A stretch of DNA of 64,000 nucleotides from Myxococcales bacterium (GTDB lineage: Bacteria; Myxococcota_A; Polyangia; Polyangiales; DASUME01). A model generated the notes under the pieces. It had not been told where the DNA came from and did no database searches. It saw only the letters and a program-made list of their open reading frames with translations. The stretch is taken from positions 6,560,001-6,624,000 of the forward strand of contig JASGJH010000001.1 in NCBI GenBank assembly GCA_047601445.1. Reading direction: 5' to 3'. The number at the start of each line of letters is the position of its first letter. The first letter of the stretch is position 1. The translations under genes and the position numbers were made by a program. This document shows, in pieces, positions 1 to 10,286 of the stretch.

Positions 1-1101
1 CCCGAGATGGGCGGGGTCAGCCATGGACCCCACGAAGACAAGATGGGGCTGCGCGCCAGCTCCACCACCACGGTGAGCTTCGATAACACTCGCGTGCCGA
101 GCGACCACGTACTGGGCGACGTGGGGGCTGGCTTCAAGGTGGCCATGAACATCTTGAACAACGGCCGTACCGGCCTGGGCGGTGGCTCGGTGGGAGCGAT
201 GAAGAAGGTTATCGCGCTGGCTGCCGCCCACGCTCGCGATCGCAAGCAGTTCGGCAAGCCCATCGCCGAGTACGGCGCGATCAAGCAGAAGCTGGGGCAG
301 GCGGTGATCGACTGCTACGCGGCAGAGTCCACGGTGAACCTGGTCGCCCACATGATCGATGCCAAGACCCAGGACTTTGCGGTGGAGGCCTCCATCAGCA
401 AGGTGTTCGCCAGCGAGGCCCTGTGGCGCACGGCCGACGAGGCACTTCAGATCGCAGGCGGCCTCGGCTTCATGCGCGAGCTGCCCTACGAGCGCGTGCT
501 GCGCGACTGCCGCATCAACCGCATCTTCGAGGGCACCAACGAGGTGCTCAGGCTGTTCATCGCGCTGACCGCCATGAGCGACGTGGGCAGTCAGCTCCAG
601 GAGCTCTCGTCCAGCCTCAAGGACGTGTTCAACGACCCGATCAAGGGCTTCGGGGTGCTCTCCGAGTACGCCCGCCGCCAGGCACGCATCCACACCAACT
701 TCGCCCAACAGAAGCGCTTGACCAAAGTGGCCCCACAATTGGCCGACCTGGCCCCGCTGTTCGAGGCCCGCACCAAGGCGCTCGCCCAGGCCGTGGACCG
801 CCTGCTGCGCAAGCACGGCCGGAACATCATCGGCAAGCAGTTCGCTTCGCGCCGCCTCTCCGACATCATGATCGATTTGTTCGTGCTCTCGGCGGTCATG
901 AGCCGGGTGAGCACACGCCTCGCAGGCGCGCAGGCCGCCGAGGTGGAGAAAGAGGTGGTCATCGCCCGGGCCTTCGCCAGGCAAGCAGAGCTCCGTATGC
1001 AGCAGAACTTCGACCGCATCGATGACAACGATGACGAGTTGATCAAGCAGCTTTCGGATTTTGCGGTGGACAGGGAGGGCTATGCCTGGGATGTGATTTG
1101 A
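1..1101 (+). CDS. Acyl-CoA dehydrogenase (ACAD9/VLCAD-like), 5' truncated by window edge
   Basis: Motifs KMGLRASST, RKQFGKPI, LQIAGGLGFMRELPYERVLRDCRINRIFEGTNE; C-terminal VLCAD-type extension. Confidence 0.93.
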   Translation, partial: PEMGGVSHGPHEDKMGLRASSTTTVSFDNTRVPSDHVLGDVGAGFKVAMNILNNGRTGLGGGSVGAMKKVIALAAAHARDRKQFGKPIAEYGAIKQKLGQAVIDCYAAESTVNLVAHMIDAKTQDFAVEASISKVFASEALWRTADEALQIAGGLGFMRELPYERVLRDCRINRIFEGTNEVLRLFIALTAMSDVGSQLQELSSSLKDVFNDPIKGFGVLSEYARRQARIHTNFAQQKRLTKVAPQLADLAPLFEARTKALAQAVDRLLRKHGRNIIGKQFASRRLSDIMIDLFVLSAVMSRVSTRLAGAQAAEVEKEVVIARAFARQAELRMQQNFDRIDDNDDELIKQLSDFAVDREGYAWDVI

Positions 1102-1116
1102 GCGCGAGCAGGTTTC

Positions 1117-1578
1117 GTGCTCTCATCGGTGGACTCAGGCCTCGTGAACGCTCTTGAAGTCCTATTCATCCTCTCCGCCCTCAACCCTTTCGGCGGAGCG
1201 TTTCTGGCGATCCCACTGGCGATCTTCAAGCTCGGCTGGTCGCCGTGGTTCGTCTGGTTCATCACGATCCCGCTGATTTATGCGCAGGTCATCGTGGTGG
1301 ACCTGCTCTGGGATCGCTTGCTCGCCTGGCCGCGCGCGGCGCGCTTCCTCGAGCAGCGCAAGAGCGAGAAACTCGAGCGCATCCTGGGCAGCAAGCATTC
1401 CGGCCTGTGGCTGTCCGTGTTCGGTGTGTGGGCAGGTTGCTGGTTGGTGATGGCCGCGGCGCGCTTCGCGGGTTACCGCCAGTCCAAGGTGGCGTTTCCG
1501 CTGTTGTTCGGCATCAGCTACCTGGTCGCGATCGCGGTCCTGATTTGTCTCTATGCGCCCGAGTGGCTGCCCAAGTGA
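1117..1578 (+). CDS. Small integral membrane protein (small multidrug-export/DedA-like); start may be GTG 1144
   Basis: About 4 hydrophobic helices; LSALNPFGGAFLAIP N-terminal motif. Confidence 0.6.
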   Translation: MLSSVDSGLVNALEVLFILSALNPFGGAFLAIPLAIFKLGWSPWFVWFITIPLIYAQVIVVDLLWDRLLAWPRAARFLEQRKSEKLERILGSKHSGLWLSVFGVWAGCWLVMAAARFAGYRQSKVAFPLLFGISYLVAIAVLICLYAPEWLPK

Positions 1579-1612
1579 GCGTGTGACCCGCGCTTGATCG
1601 GGGCGGCCACGC

Positions 1613-2332
1613 TTGCCGAGGGCGCGAGCAGCGCGCAGTCTTCGTCGCGTGACCGAGGCACCCGAGCTCGTCCTGAGACCCGCCGCCACCGTCGTCCTGC
1701 TCCGTGAGGCTCCGTGCGGCTTCGAAGTGCTGATGATGAAGCGCGGAGCGCAGCTCGCGTTCCACGGTGGTGCCTGGGTGTTTCCGGGCGGTCGGGTCGA
1801 CCCAATCGATGAGGAAGCTGGCGACCTGGTGGCGTCGGCTCAGCGCGCGGCCGTGCGCGAAACGCGTGAGGAGTCGGGTCTCACGTTGCAACCCGAGGCG
1901 CTCGTACCCTTCTCGCACTGGACCACTCCGCACGGACTGCCACGGCGCTTCGCGACCTGGTTCTTCGTGGCGGCACTCGACGCAGATCGCGCCGATCTCG
2001 AAGTGCGCGTGGATGGTAGCGAGATCCACGCCTACCGCTGGCTCTCACCCGGAGACGCCCTGGCGCTGCAGCGTGCGCAGAGCATGGAGCTGCCGCCGCC
2101 CACCTTCGTGACCCTGACCGCGCTGGCCAGGTTCGATCGCATCGCTGACGTGCTCGACCACGCGCGCCGCACGCCGCCTGGCGTGTTCGTGCCGCGGCCC
2201 CAGGCCCACGCCATGGGCATCGTCTCGCTCTACGCGGGCGACTCCGCCTATCCGGACGGCGACCTGGAGCGGGCCGGTCCACGCCATCGCTTGTGTATGT
2301 TCCGCGACGGCTGGCGTTACGAGCTCGGCTGA
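1613..2332 (+). CDS. NUDIX hydrolase (Nudt19-like); start may be GTG 1649
   Basis: RPAATVVLLR, VFPGGRVD, AVRETREESG Nudix box, HWTTP..RRFATWFF. Confidence 0.88.
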   Translation: MPRARAARSLRRVTEAPELVLRPAATVVLLREAPCGFEVLMMKRGAQLAFHGGAWVFPGGRVDPIDEEAGDLVASAQRAAVRETREESGLTLQPEALVPFSHWTTPHGLPRRFATWFFVAALDADRADLEVRVDGSEIHAYRWLSPGDALALQRAQSMELPPPTFVTLTALARFDRIADVLDHARRTPPGVFVPRPQAHAMGIVSLYAGDSAYPDGDLERAGPRHRLCMFRDGWRYELG

Positions 2333-2405
2333 GGCTCAGGGATCCTCGGAAGCGGAGGGGCGCGTGGCCTCCCCGTGACAGCAGCAAGCGCGCTATCGTG
2401 GAGGG

Positions 2406-2978
2406 GTGGCGGGCCAAGAGGAGCCGAAATCGTTACCTCCCGTGTTGACCGAGGAGGAGCGAGCCTACCGGGCGTCCCTGGAGAAGCTAGTCGATTGGTA
2501 TCGACTCCGACAATCCCGTGCGCTCGCCCGGGCCTTCTTGCCTGGATTGCTCCTGTTGCCGCTCGGCAGCCTCATCGTGGCCGTTTCGATGGCGCAGCTG
2601 AAGTTGCCCGAGATCCTGCGCCCCGTGTTGACGGTGCTCGGCGTGCTGGTCACAGCGAGTGGTCCACTGTGGGCCATCTGGCAGCTCTATCGCGCCATCC
2701 GCGGCGACCTGTACCTCGCCATCCGCGTCGATGGCCTGGTCCTGCGGCTCGATCCGAACCGAGAGGAGCGGGTCTACGCCTGGGAATCCCTGGAGGAAAT
2801 TCGCCACGAGGCCGGCGCCGCGGTGCTGCGGCTGGAACTCCAGGACGGCTCCGTCTTGAGCGTCGCGGGGCCTTTCGAAGGGATTTCGCTCGCGGATTTG
2901 GCGAGTCGCATTCGAGACGCGCGCCGGCTGGCTGTGTGGAATCGCCTGGTTCCGCGCTACCCTCCCATGGAGGAGTGA
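2406..2978 (+). CDS. Hypothetical membrane protein (2 TM + small soluble domain)
   Basis: GGAGG RBS before GTG; two hydrophobic segments. Confidence 0.65.
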   Translation: MAGQEEPKSLPPVLTEEERAYRASLEKLVDWYRLRQSRALARAFLPGLLLLPLGSLIVAVSMAQLKLPEILRPVLTVLGVLVTASGPLWAIWQLYRAIRGDLYLAIRVDGLVLRLDPNREERVYAWESLEEIRHEAGAAVLRLELQDGSVLSVAGPFEGISLADLASRIRDARRLAVWNRLVPRYPPMEE

Positions 2979-3019
2979 AGCAATTCGGCGGGTGGGCACG
3001 TCGTAGGAGCTGGTAGATC

Positions 3020-3379
3020 ATGAGAGACATGACCATCTTGCGTAGGTTGGTGGTCGCGCTGCTTGCCCTGGGATGGAGCGCGGCGGGCCACGCCGAGGAT
3101 AAGCCCAAGCCCAAGCCGCGTCCCAGGGAGGCCGCGGGCATCGAGCATTGCGCCGTGGCCACCGGGAGCGTGCGCATGGAGGCCTACGGCTACATGCACG
3201 TCGTCACGCTGCGCAACGGTTGTGACCGGCCCGTCACCTGCGAGGTGTGGACGGACGTCGATCCGGCGCCCCGCTACACGCTGCATGCCGCGCCCGGCGC
3301 GGTGGAAGAAGTCATCACGCGGCGTGGTTCACCCGCGCGAGAGGTCAGTGCGGAAGCGAGCTGCCACTACGACTCGTGA
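3020..3379 (+). CDS. Small secreted Cys-containing protein
   Basis: AGGAG RBS; signal peptide ending AGHA; four Cys in mature part. Confidence 0.65.
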   Translation: MRDMTILRRLVVALLALGWSAAGHAEDKPKPKPRPREAAGIEHCAVATGSVRMEAYGYMHVVTLRNGCDRPVTCEVWTDVDPAPRYTLHAAPGAVEEVITRRGSPAREVSAEASCHYDS

Positions 3380-3505
3380 GGCGGTGCCACGAAGGGCAGC
3401 TTTCGTGTGCTGTGGCGATTTTGATGTGACGAGCCGAGGTCGGCGCACGGATTGGCCGGGTCTCGGACGCTTATAGTAGATTGAATGACAACCATCGGAG
3501 GAGAC

Positions 3506-4123
3506 ATGGGGAACAGGCTGAGCCAAACGGCGCTTGTGTTGGCGGCTTCTGGGGCGATCGTGCTGTCGGCTTCGGGCTGCAGCCACACTCCGAAAGCGGT
3601 ACGCGGCTCCGACACGCCAGGCCTCGATTACTCGGCCATGGGCACCGGACTGGATCGTCGTGACCTCTCCCAGATGCTGCGCGAGAACATGCAGGCCATG
3701 AAGACGTCGCGCGTGTTCCAGGTGTGGGCCTCTGAAGATTGGCCGCCCGTCAGCGTGCTGCCGATCCGCAATGAGACCAGCGAGCACATCGATAGCGCCC
3801 TCGGCGCGTTGATCTCCGAGGTCGAGACCGAGCTCGTCAACCAGGCGCCCGTGCGGGTGATCAGCCTCGAAAACCAGAAGTCGCTCATGGAGGAGATTCA
3901 GCGCCAGCAAAACAGCCAGGGCGCCTTCGATGCTTCTCAGGTGGCCAGCTGGGGCAAGCAGCTCGGTGCGCGCTACGTGATTACCGGCAAGGTGTTCTCC
4001 ACCGACGAGCGCGCGCCTAACGCGCACCGCGTGCAGTACTACCTGTTCATGCGGGTGATCTCCGTGGAGACCAGCGAAGTGATGTTCCAGAACCAAGCTG
4101 CGGTCACCAAGGCCATCCTCTGA
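3506..4123 (+). CDS. lpoB: Penicillin-binding protein activator LpoB-family lipoprotein
   Basis: GGAGGAG RBS; lipobox ASGC; IRNETSEHID and GKQLGARYVITG motifs typical of the LpoB/CsgG-like fold. Confidence 0.8.
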   Translation: MGNRLSQTALVLAASGAIVLSASGCSHTPKAVRGSDTPGLDYSAMGTGLDRRDLSQMLRENMQAMKTSRVFQVWASEDWPPVSVLPIRNETSEHIDSALGALISEVETELVNQAPVRVISLENQKSLMEEIQRQQNSQGAFDASQVASWGKQLGARYVITGKVFSTDERAPNAHRVQYYLFMRVISVETSEVMFQNQAAVTKAIL

Positions 4124-4297
4124 TCCATGCCGCCGGCAGTCGTTATCGGTTCTTTCAACGGGGAGGGCACGCGCCCTCCCCGCCCGTCGCGGCAAAGCCG
4201 CGCCGGGGCCCACCCCACCGCGAGGTTCGCTTCGCTCGCGGCGCACTGCGATGTCACGGAAGAGGTCACGCGACCTGCCCGCCCGTCGCGGCTCAGC

Positions 4298-5636
4298 TTG
4301 TGCGTGGCCTTGGGTATGCTCGCGCTCGGGGCGGGTTGCGCGGGTCACGCCGACCGCACCAAGGCAGCGCGTAGCGCACTCGACGCGCATCATCCGCAGC
4401 AGGCGCTCGCGCTGTACAACGATGCGCTCGAAGTGAAGACCGGAGCGGAGTTGCCCAAGAAGGTCGAGGGCGACAACGCTCTGCTCCTGCTGGACCGCTC
4501 CAGCATCTCGCAGCAACTCCAGAAGTACGAGGACAGCAGCCGCGATTCTGGAGGTCGCCGACAAACAGGTCGAGATGCTCGACTTCAGGCGCTCCACGGC
4601 CCACGAGATCGGACGCTACTTGTTCTCGGACGACGTCGGCCCCTACAAGGCGCGGCCCTACGAGAAGCTGCTGGTCAACACCCTCAACATGCTCAACTAC
4701 CTGGCGCGCGGACAGCTCAACGGCGCCAAGGTCGAGGCTCGGCGGCTCGCCGTGATGCAGAAGTACCTGGGGCAGGTGGAGGACGAGCCCACGGCCCCAC
4801 TACTCGGGCCGGGCAGCTACTTGGCGGGCTTCGTGTTCGAGATGGCCGGCGAGTACGACGAAGCGCTGCGCTACTACGACGAGGCGCTCAAGGCCGCGGA
4901 CTACCCATCGCTGGCAGCGCCCATCAAGCGCCTCTTCGATCGCACGGGCTATCGTTCACCCAAGCTCGAGCAGCTGGCTGCGTTGGCCCCCGCGGACGAC
5001 CTCCAGGGCCCCAGCGGAGATCTGCTCGTGGTCGTCAACTACGGGCGCGTGCCGGCCTTGCACGCGGAGCGTGTGCCCATCGGACTCGCGCTCACCTACG
5101 CCTCGCTGTTCATGGATCCGGCGGGTTTTCAGGCGGCGCGTCGGCTGGCAGGGCAAGGGCTGGTCACCTGGGTGAACTATCCCGAGCTCGATCCTTCGCC
5201 GCGTTCCTACCCCGCGCCTCAGGTCAGCGTCGACGGTCGCGCGGCGCCAGTGGACACGCTGACGCCGGTGGATTCCCTGGTGCGTGCAGCCTACGAGAAA
5301 GCCAAGGGCCCCATCTTCGCGTCGGCGCTGACGCGGCTCGTCGCGCGCGGTGCCATCGGTGCGGGTGCGGGCGTGGCCTCGGGGCGCGGTAGCGGCTCGT
5401 CTGTGGTCGGCATGTTGGTGGCACTCGGGACCCAGGCTGTGCTGACTGCGGCAGATACGCCCGACACACGTTCGTGGGCCACTTTGCCTGCGCGAATAGG
5501 CATCGTTCGTGTGCGTCTTGCAGCAGGCAGTCACACTGTGCGGGTGGCCGCTCAGGGAGTCGCACGGGATGTCACGGTGAACATCCCGGACAACGGCTTC
5601 CAAGTGGTGAACCTCACGGAGCTCAGCCAGTATTAA
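4298..5636 (+). CDS. COG3014-family TPR lipoprotein, split by a +1 frameshift at about 4546 (start uncertain, between 4127 and 4316)
   Basis: Lipobox GAGC in frame 1; removing one T in GATTCTG joins ...YEDSSRD to LEVADKQVEMLDF...; YKARPYEKLLVNTLNMLNYL and ADTPDTRSWATLP motifs; adjacent to lpoB. Confidence 0.78.
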
Positions 5637-5653
5637 CGAATCGAGGAGGCAGC

Positions 5654-6376
5654 ATGAATCCAGGTTTTCGCACGGTCACGCGACTCGCCTCCGTGCTTTG
5701 CCTCTTGAGCGGACTTTGGCTCGCCGGCTCGGCTCGAGCAGACGTGCCACCGGACACCGTCACCGAGGTCGATCCCATCGACATCCCGCCCGAGCATGAC
5801 CCGCTGGCCCACGCGTTTCGCCGGCTAGACGACCGCGGCGGCTTCTACCTCCGGCTCTCCACGAACATCGGCTACCACAGCACGCGGCTGGGATCCGGAC
5901 CTGGCGATGCCGGGCCGTCGGAGCGCGCGCGCGGCTTCGGCACGGCGTTCGGCGTGGACCTCGGCGGCTTCGTGCAGCCCTGGCTGGCGCTGCACCTGGA
6001 TTCCACGCTCGGTATCCTGTGGAACGGCGACATCGATCGCGATCTGGCCATCGACGAGGGGCTGGACAACAGCGTGCGCATTCTGGCCTATGGCGTGGCG
6101 CCGGCGCTCACCTTCTTCTTGCCGCACACCTTCTTCATCAAGACGGCGTTCGGCGTGGGCATGGCGACCATCAAGCGAGTGGGCCGCACCAACAACACCA
6201 ACCCTGGCTTCTACATGGACCTGGTGCTGGGCAAGGACCTGTACGTCGACGATCATTTCTCGTTCGGCCTGCAGATGCAGATCATCTACATGCGACTCGG
6301 CGCCGACAGCCGCATCAACGAGGCCCGCGTGCAGCAGTATCTGTGGGGCGTGAGCTTCGGCTTCGACAGCCTCTGA
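5654..6376 (+). CDS. Outer-membrane beta-barrel protein
   Basis: GAGGAGG RBS; signal peptide (SARA); alternating beta-strands; aromatic C-terminus LWGVSFGFDSL. Confidence 0.7.
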   Translation: MNPGFRTVTRLASVLCLLSGLWLAGSARADVPPDTVTEVDPIDIPPEHDPLAHAFRRLDDRGGFYLRLSTNIGYHSTRLGSGPGDAGPSERARGFGTAFGVDLGGFVQPWLALHLDSTLGILWNGDIDRDLAIDEGLDNSVRILAYGVAPALTFFLPHTFFIKTAFGVGMATIKRVGRTNNTNPGFYMDLVLGKDLYVDDHFSFGLQMQIIYMRLGADSRINEARVQQYLWGVSFGFDSL

Positions 6377-6395
6377 GCGCCCAGGGGGTGTCCCC

Positions 6396-7271
6396 CTACT
6401 TCTGACAGTGCGGGCAGTAGTGCGTGGAGCGCTGCCCGAGCACGATGCGCTTGATGCTCGTGTGGCACACGGAGCAGGGCTCACCGGTGCGGGAGTACAC
6501 CTTGCGCTCGTTTTGGTAGGCGCCGTCGCTGCCGTCGGGTTGCACGTAGTCGCTGATGCTGGAGCCGCCCGTCTCGATGGAGCGCAAGAGCACCTGGCGC
6601 ACGCTGTCGGCGAGCTTGTCGCACTCGAGCCTGGTCAGGCTGCGCGCGGCGCGACCAGGCCGAATGCCGGCCCGAAATAGCGCCTCGTCCGCGTAGATGT
6701 TGCCGACCCCCGCCAGGGCTTCCTGATCGAGCAACAAGGTCTTGATGGCTGTCTTGCGCTTGCGCGACACCTCGTACAGCCGCTCGCCCGTGGCGCCGAG
6801 CGCGTCGGGGCCGAGCTTGTCGAGGCGCGGGTCCTTGGCCTGCGGGGCGAGCCAGCGCACCTTGCCGAACTTGCGTACGTCGCGGAACAACACGGCTTCG
6901 CCGCCATCCTCGAAGCGCAGCACCAGGTGCGTGTGGGGGTCGGGCTTGAAGCTCCCCTGATCGTTCGGGTCGAGGGCTCCGGTCCCCGTGGTGCGCAACA
7001 GGCGCACGCTGCGCGCAGAGGCCGTGAACAGTTGGCCCGTCATCCCCAGGTGGAGCAACAGCCGCGTGCGGTCGTCGAACGATGCCAACAGGTACTTGCC
7101 CAGGCGTTCCAGCCCCACCACGCGGCGGCCCACGAGCTTGCGCGCGAGCTCCTTGGGCGGCGTGAGAAAGAAGTAGCTAGCCTTGGTGGTGACCACCTCG
7201 GAGATGGTGCGCCCCACCAGCTTGGGCTCGATGCGCCTGCGCGTGACCTCGACCTCGGGGAGCTCAGGCAT
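6396..7271 (-). CDS. mutM: Formamidopyrimidine-DNA glycosylase/AP lyase
   Basis: N-terminal MPELPEVE, HLGMTG, GVGNIYADEALF, C-terminal CSVC...CPHCQ zinc finger. Confidence 0.97.
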   Translation of the reverse strand: MPELPEVEVTRRRIEPKLVGRTISEVVTTKASYFFLTPPKELARKLVGRRVVGLERLGKYLLASFDDRTRLLLHLGMTGQLFTASARSVRLLRTTGTGALDPNDQGSFKPDPHTHLVLRFEDGGEAVLFRDVRKFGKVRWLAPQAKDPRLDKLGPDALGATGERLYEVSRKRKTAIKTLLLDQEALAGVGNIYADEALFRAGIRPGRAARSLTRLECDKLADSVRQVLLRSIETGGSSISDYVQPDGSDGAYQNERKVYSRTGEPCSVCHTSIKRIVLGQRSTHYCPHCQK

Positions 7272-8148
7272 GGTCGCTCGAGGCCGCCGCTGGCGCCTCG
7301 CCGCTCGGCGGGGCCGCGTCGCGTGCGGTGGGCGGGTCGCCCTTGAAACCGAGCTGCTGCAGATACGTATGGTCGAGTCGACTCCTGGAGCGCGCGAACT
7401 GACTGCGCGCCAACAGCGCCAGCCCGCGCGTCACGGCCCACGCGCGCCGCATCCCCGAGGGCCGTTCTTCGGGCACGAAGCCCAGGGCCTGACCCTGGCG
7501 CCACACCCGCTCCTGCACGTGCTTCACGAACGCGTCGAGCTGCGCGAGCACCGGGTGATCGGGCGCGCGTTGCTTGAGGTTCTTCACCGCGAAGGGCACC
7601 AAGAACAGCTGGAGCTCGAGCAGGCCATAGAACGCCTGCTTGAGCCCGGGTTGCTCCGCGAGCACACGCCGGGTCTCCTTCTCGCCCCAGGCCACGTGCT
7701 CTTCTTCTTCTTTGCAGATCACGCGCAGCTTCTTCTGGATGCCCGGCACCCGTGGGTCGCCTTCTGGCAGCGTCTGCAGCAGCACGTCGCGAAAGATGTC
7801 GAGCACCATGCCCTCGCCGAGGGCGTGCTCCATCAGCACCTTGAGCGGATAGTAGTCGTTGTGGGCCGACAGCACGCGGATCACCCAGTGCGCGGTTTCC
7901 GGCTCGAGTTCGAGGGCGCGGAACATCTCGGCGAACAGGGTCAGGTGGTTGAGCTCCTGGCGCGCCTGGCGCACGTAGAAGTGCGCAGCCTCGAGGGTCT
8001 GTGCGGCATACAACGAACGCCCGCAGTACACGCCCGTGGCCTCGCCGTACAGTGCCTGGGACAAGATGAAGCGCAAGACGTCTCGGTCGCGGGGACTCTC
8101 GAGATCGAAGCGGGCCTCACCGAAGTCGAATCCTGGAGCCTCCTGCAT
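7264..8148 (-). CDS. Ferritin-like di-iron four-helix protein
   Basis: Two E...ExxH motifs (GEATG...QELNH; GEGMV...EEEH). Confidence 0.75.
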   Translation of the reverse strand: MQEAPGFDFGEARFDLESPRDRDVLRFILSQALYGEATGVYCGRSLYAAQTLEAAHFYVRQARQELNHLTLFAEMFRALELEPETAHWVIRVLSAHNDYYPLKVLMEHALGEGMVLDIFRDVLLQTLPEGDPRVPGIQKKLRVICKEEEEHVAWGEKETRRVLAEQPGLKQAFYGLLELQLFLVPFAVKNLKQRAPDHPVLAQLDAFVKHVQERVWRQGQALGFVPEERPSGMRRAWAVTRGLALLARSQFARSRSRLDHTYLQQLGFKGDPPTARDAAPPSGEAPAAASSDHA

Positions 8149-8194
8149 GGCAACCAGCCTACCGCTTGGGCGCGGATTGGTCTAAGTCCGTCGC

Positions 8195-8851
8195 GTGAGC
8201 GAGTCTTCACAGCCTGAGCGCGTCCCCGAGCCACTCGACGAGGCGCTGCGGGCGCGAATCTTGGGCCACCTCGCGGCTCGCCGACGTACCTGTGTGGAGC
8301 TCAGCGCCGCCCATCAGCGCGCCGCCGCTGTGTGCGTCACTCTGGTGCCCGGTCCACGCGACGAAGCGAGCTTCTTGCTCACCCGGCGCCCCGGCGATTT
8401 GTCTCGTCACCCCGGCCAGTTCGCCTTGCCCGGCGGTCGGCTGGAGCCCGCTGAGACACCCGAACAAGCCGCGCGACGCGAGCTGGGCGAGGAGCTCGGC
8501 GTCACCCTGGAGGCGGACAGCGTGCTGGGCAGCCTGGACGACTTCACGACCCACAGCGGCTTCGTCATCACGCCCGTGGTGCTCTGGGGCCCTCTCGTGC
8601 GCACTCTGGCGCCCGACCCGCGTGAGGTGGCCATCGCCTACCGCATCCCGCTGCGCGAGCTGTACGGCGCCAATGTGCCGCGCTTCGAGACGGTAGCCGG
8701 TCTCGACGGACCGCTCATCTCCTTACCCCTGGTCGGCACGCACATCTACAGCCCCACGGCTGCCATCGTGTACCAGTTTCGCGAGGTGGCTTTGGAGGGG
8801 CGGGACGTCGCGGTCCAACACTTCGCCCAGCCGCGTTTCGCCTGGCGCTGA
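8195..8851 (+). CDS. CoA pyrophosphatase (NudL/PCD1-type NUDIX)
   Basis: LTRR...HPGQFALPGG...ARRELGEELG; GFVITPVV; PDPREVA. Confidence 0.88.
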   Translation: MSESSQPERVPEPLDEALRARILGHLAARRRTCVELSAAHQRAAAVCVTLVPGPRDEASFLLTRRPGDLSRHPGQFALPGGRLEPAETPEQAARRELGEELGVTLEADSVLGSLDDFTTHSGFVITPVVLWGPLVRTLAPDPREVAIAYRIPLRELYGANVPRFETVAGLDGPLISLPLVGTHIYSPTAAIVYQFREVALEGRDVAVQHFAQPRFAWR

Positions 8852-8957
8852 GTCGTACCGGGGCTCGTCCCGAATTCTTGCAGGCGACACGCGCCTTTCC
8901 GACGCTCCCGGGCCCGCTCGCCGCGAGGCGACCGGCCGTGCTAACAAAGGCCAGCGA

Positions 8958-10286
8958 ATGGCGCGGAAACCAGCGGGATTGAGCGGGTGGGGCCGGACCT
9001 TCTTGCCGGGTGAGGAGAAGCGTTCGGAGCAGCTCATCGAGGTGACGGCCGGCTCCAGCCTCACGCGCGGACTCGGGCGCTCCTACGGTGACGCCTCGTT
9101 GCCCGCACCGGGTGTGCAGCAGGTGGCGGGCTCCACGCTGGCCGATCGCATCATTGGGTTCGACGAGAGCACCGGCGTGTTGCGCGCCGAGGCAGGCTTC
9201 GCGCTCTCGGAGCTCCTGCGCCTCTACTTGCCGCGCGGGTTTTTCACGCCGGTGACTCCAGGCACCAAGTTCGTCACGCTGGGAGGCATGGTGGCCTCCG
9301 ACGTGCACGGCAAGAACCACCACGTCGACGGTACCATCGGTCGCCACGTGCAGGGCTTCAAGCTGCAGCTCGCGGACGGCAGCGTGGTGCGTTGTTCGCG
9401 TGAACTCGAGCCGGAGCTCTTCCGGGCCACTCTCGGTGGCATGGGCCTCACGGGCCACATTCTCGAGGTCGATCTCAAGTTGGTGCGCGTGCCGTCGCCC
9501 TACATCGTGCGCGAGAGCACGCGGATTCCCAACCTGAGCGAGTTCCTGAGCGCGCTCAAGGAGTCCGGCAAGACCTGGCCCTTCACGGTGGGCTGGCTCG
9601 ACACCGCCGCGCGCGGTAGCGCCTTGGGCAGGGGCATTCTCTACGTCGGGCGCTGGGCCGAGCCCTCCGAGGCGCCGGCAACCTATCCCAAGCCCAAGTT
9701 CAGCATCGTGGCGCCGTTTCAGCCGCCGTCGGGCCTGCTCAACCGCACCACGGTGAGCCTGTTCAACAAGGTCGTGTACGGAAGCCACTTCCGCAAGCAC
9801 AAGGCCGACGTCTGCAGCGCCGACACCTTCTTCTACCCGCTCGATCGCGTGGTGCGCTGGAACATCCTCTACGGGCCACGCGGAGTGACCCAGCACCAGA
9901 GCGTGATTCCCGATGAAGCTGGGCCCGAGGCCATTCGTGGGCTGCTCGAGGTGCTCGAGCAGACGGGCGCTGTCTCCTTTCTCACCGTAATCAAGGATTG
10001 CGGCCCCGAGGGAGAAGGCGTCCTGTCGTTCCCGCGTCCAGGCATGTCGGTGGCGCTCGACATCCCGATCCGCGCCGACACCCAAGAAGTCATCGATCGA
10101 CTCAACGAGCACGTGATCCGTTGCGGTGGGCGCATCTATCTGGCCAAAGACGGCTTCACCAGAGCGGAGCATTTCCGCAGCATGGAGCCGCGTCTGCAGG
10201 AGTTCTTGGCCGAGAAGCGACGCTGGGATCCCGAGAGCAAACTACAGAGCGCGCAAAGTCGGCGGTTGTTCGGGGAAGAGGCATGA
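8958..10286 (+). CDS. FAD-linked oxidoreductase, DprE1-like (decaprenylphosphoryl-ribose oxidase)
   Basis: RGLGRSYGDA, PVTPGTKFVTLGGMVASDVHGKNHH, GGMGLTG, GGRIYLAKD. Confidence 0.9.
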   Translation: MARKPAGLSGWGRTFLPGEEKRSEQLIEVTAGSSLTRGLGRSYGDASLPAPGVQQVAGSTLADRIIGFDESTGVLRAEAGFALSELLRLYLPRGFFTPVTPGTKFVTLGGMVASDVHGKNHHVDGTIGRHVQGFKLQLADGSVVRCSRELEPELFRATLGGMGLTGHILEVDLKLVRVPSPYIVRESTRIPNLSEFLSALKESGKTWPFTVGWLDTAARGSALGRGILYVGRWAEPSEAPATYPKPKFSIVAPFQPPSGLLNRTTVSLFNKVVYGSHFRKHKADVCSADTFFYPLDRVVRWNILYGPRGVTQHQSVIPDEAGPEAIRGLLEVLEQTGAVSFLTVIKDCGPEGEGVLSFPRPGMSVALDIPIRADTQEVIDRLNEHVIRCGGRIYLAKDGFTRAEHFRSMEPRLQEFLAEKRRWDPESKLQSAQSRRLFGEEA

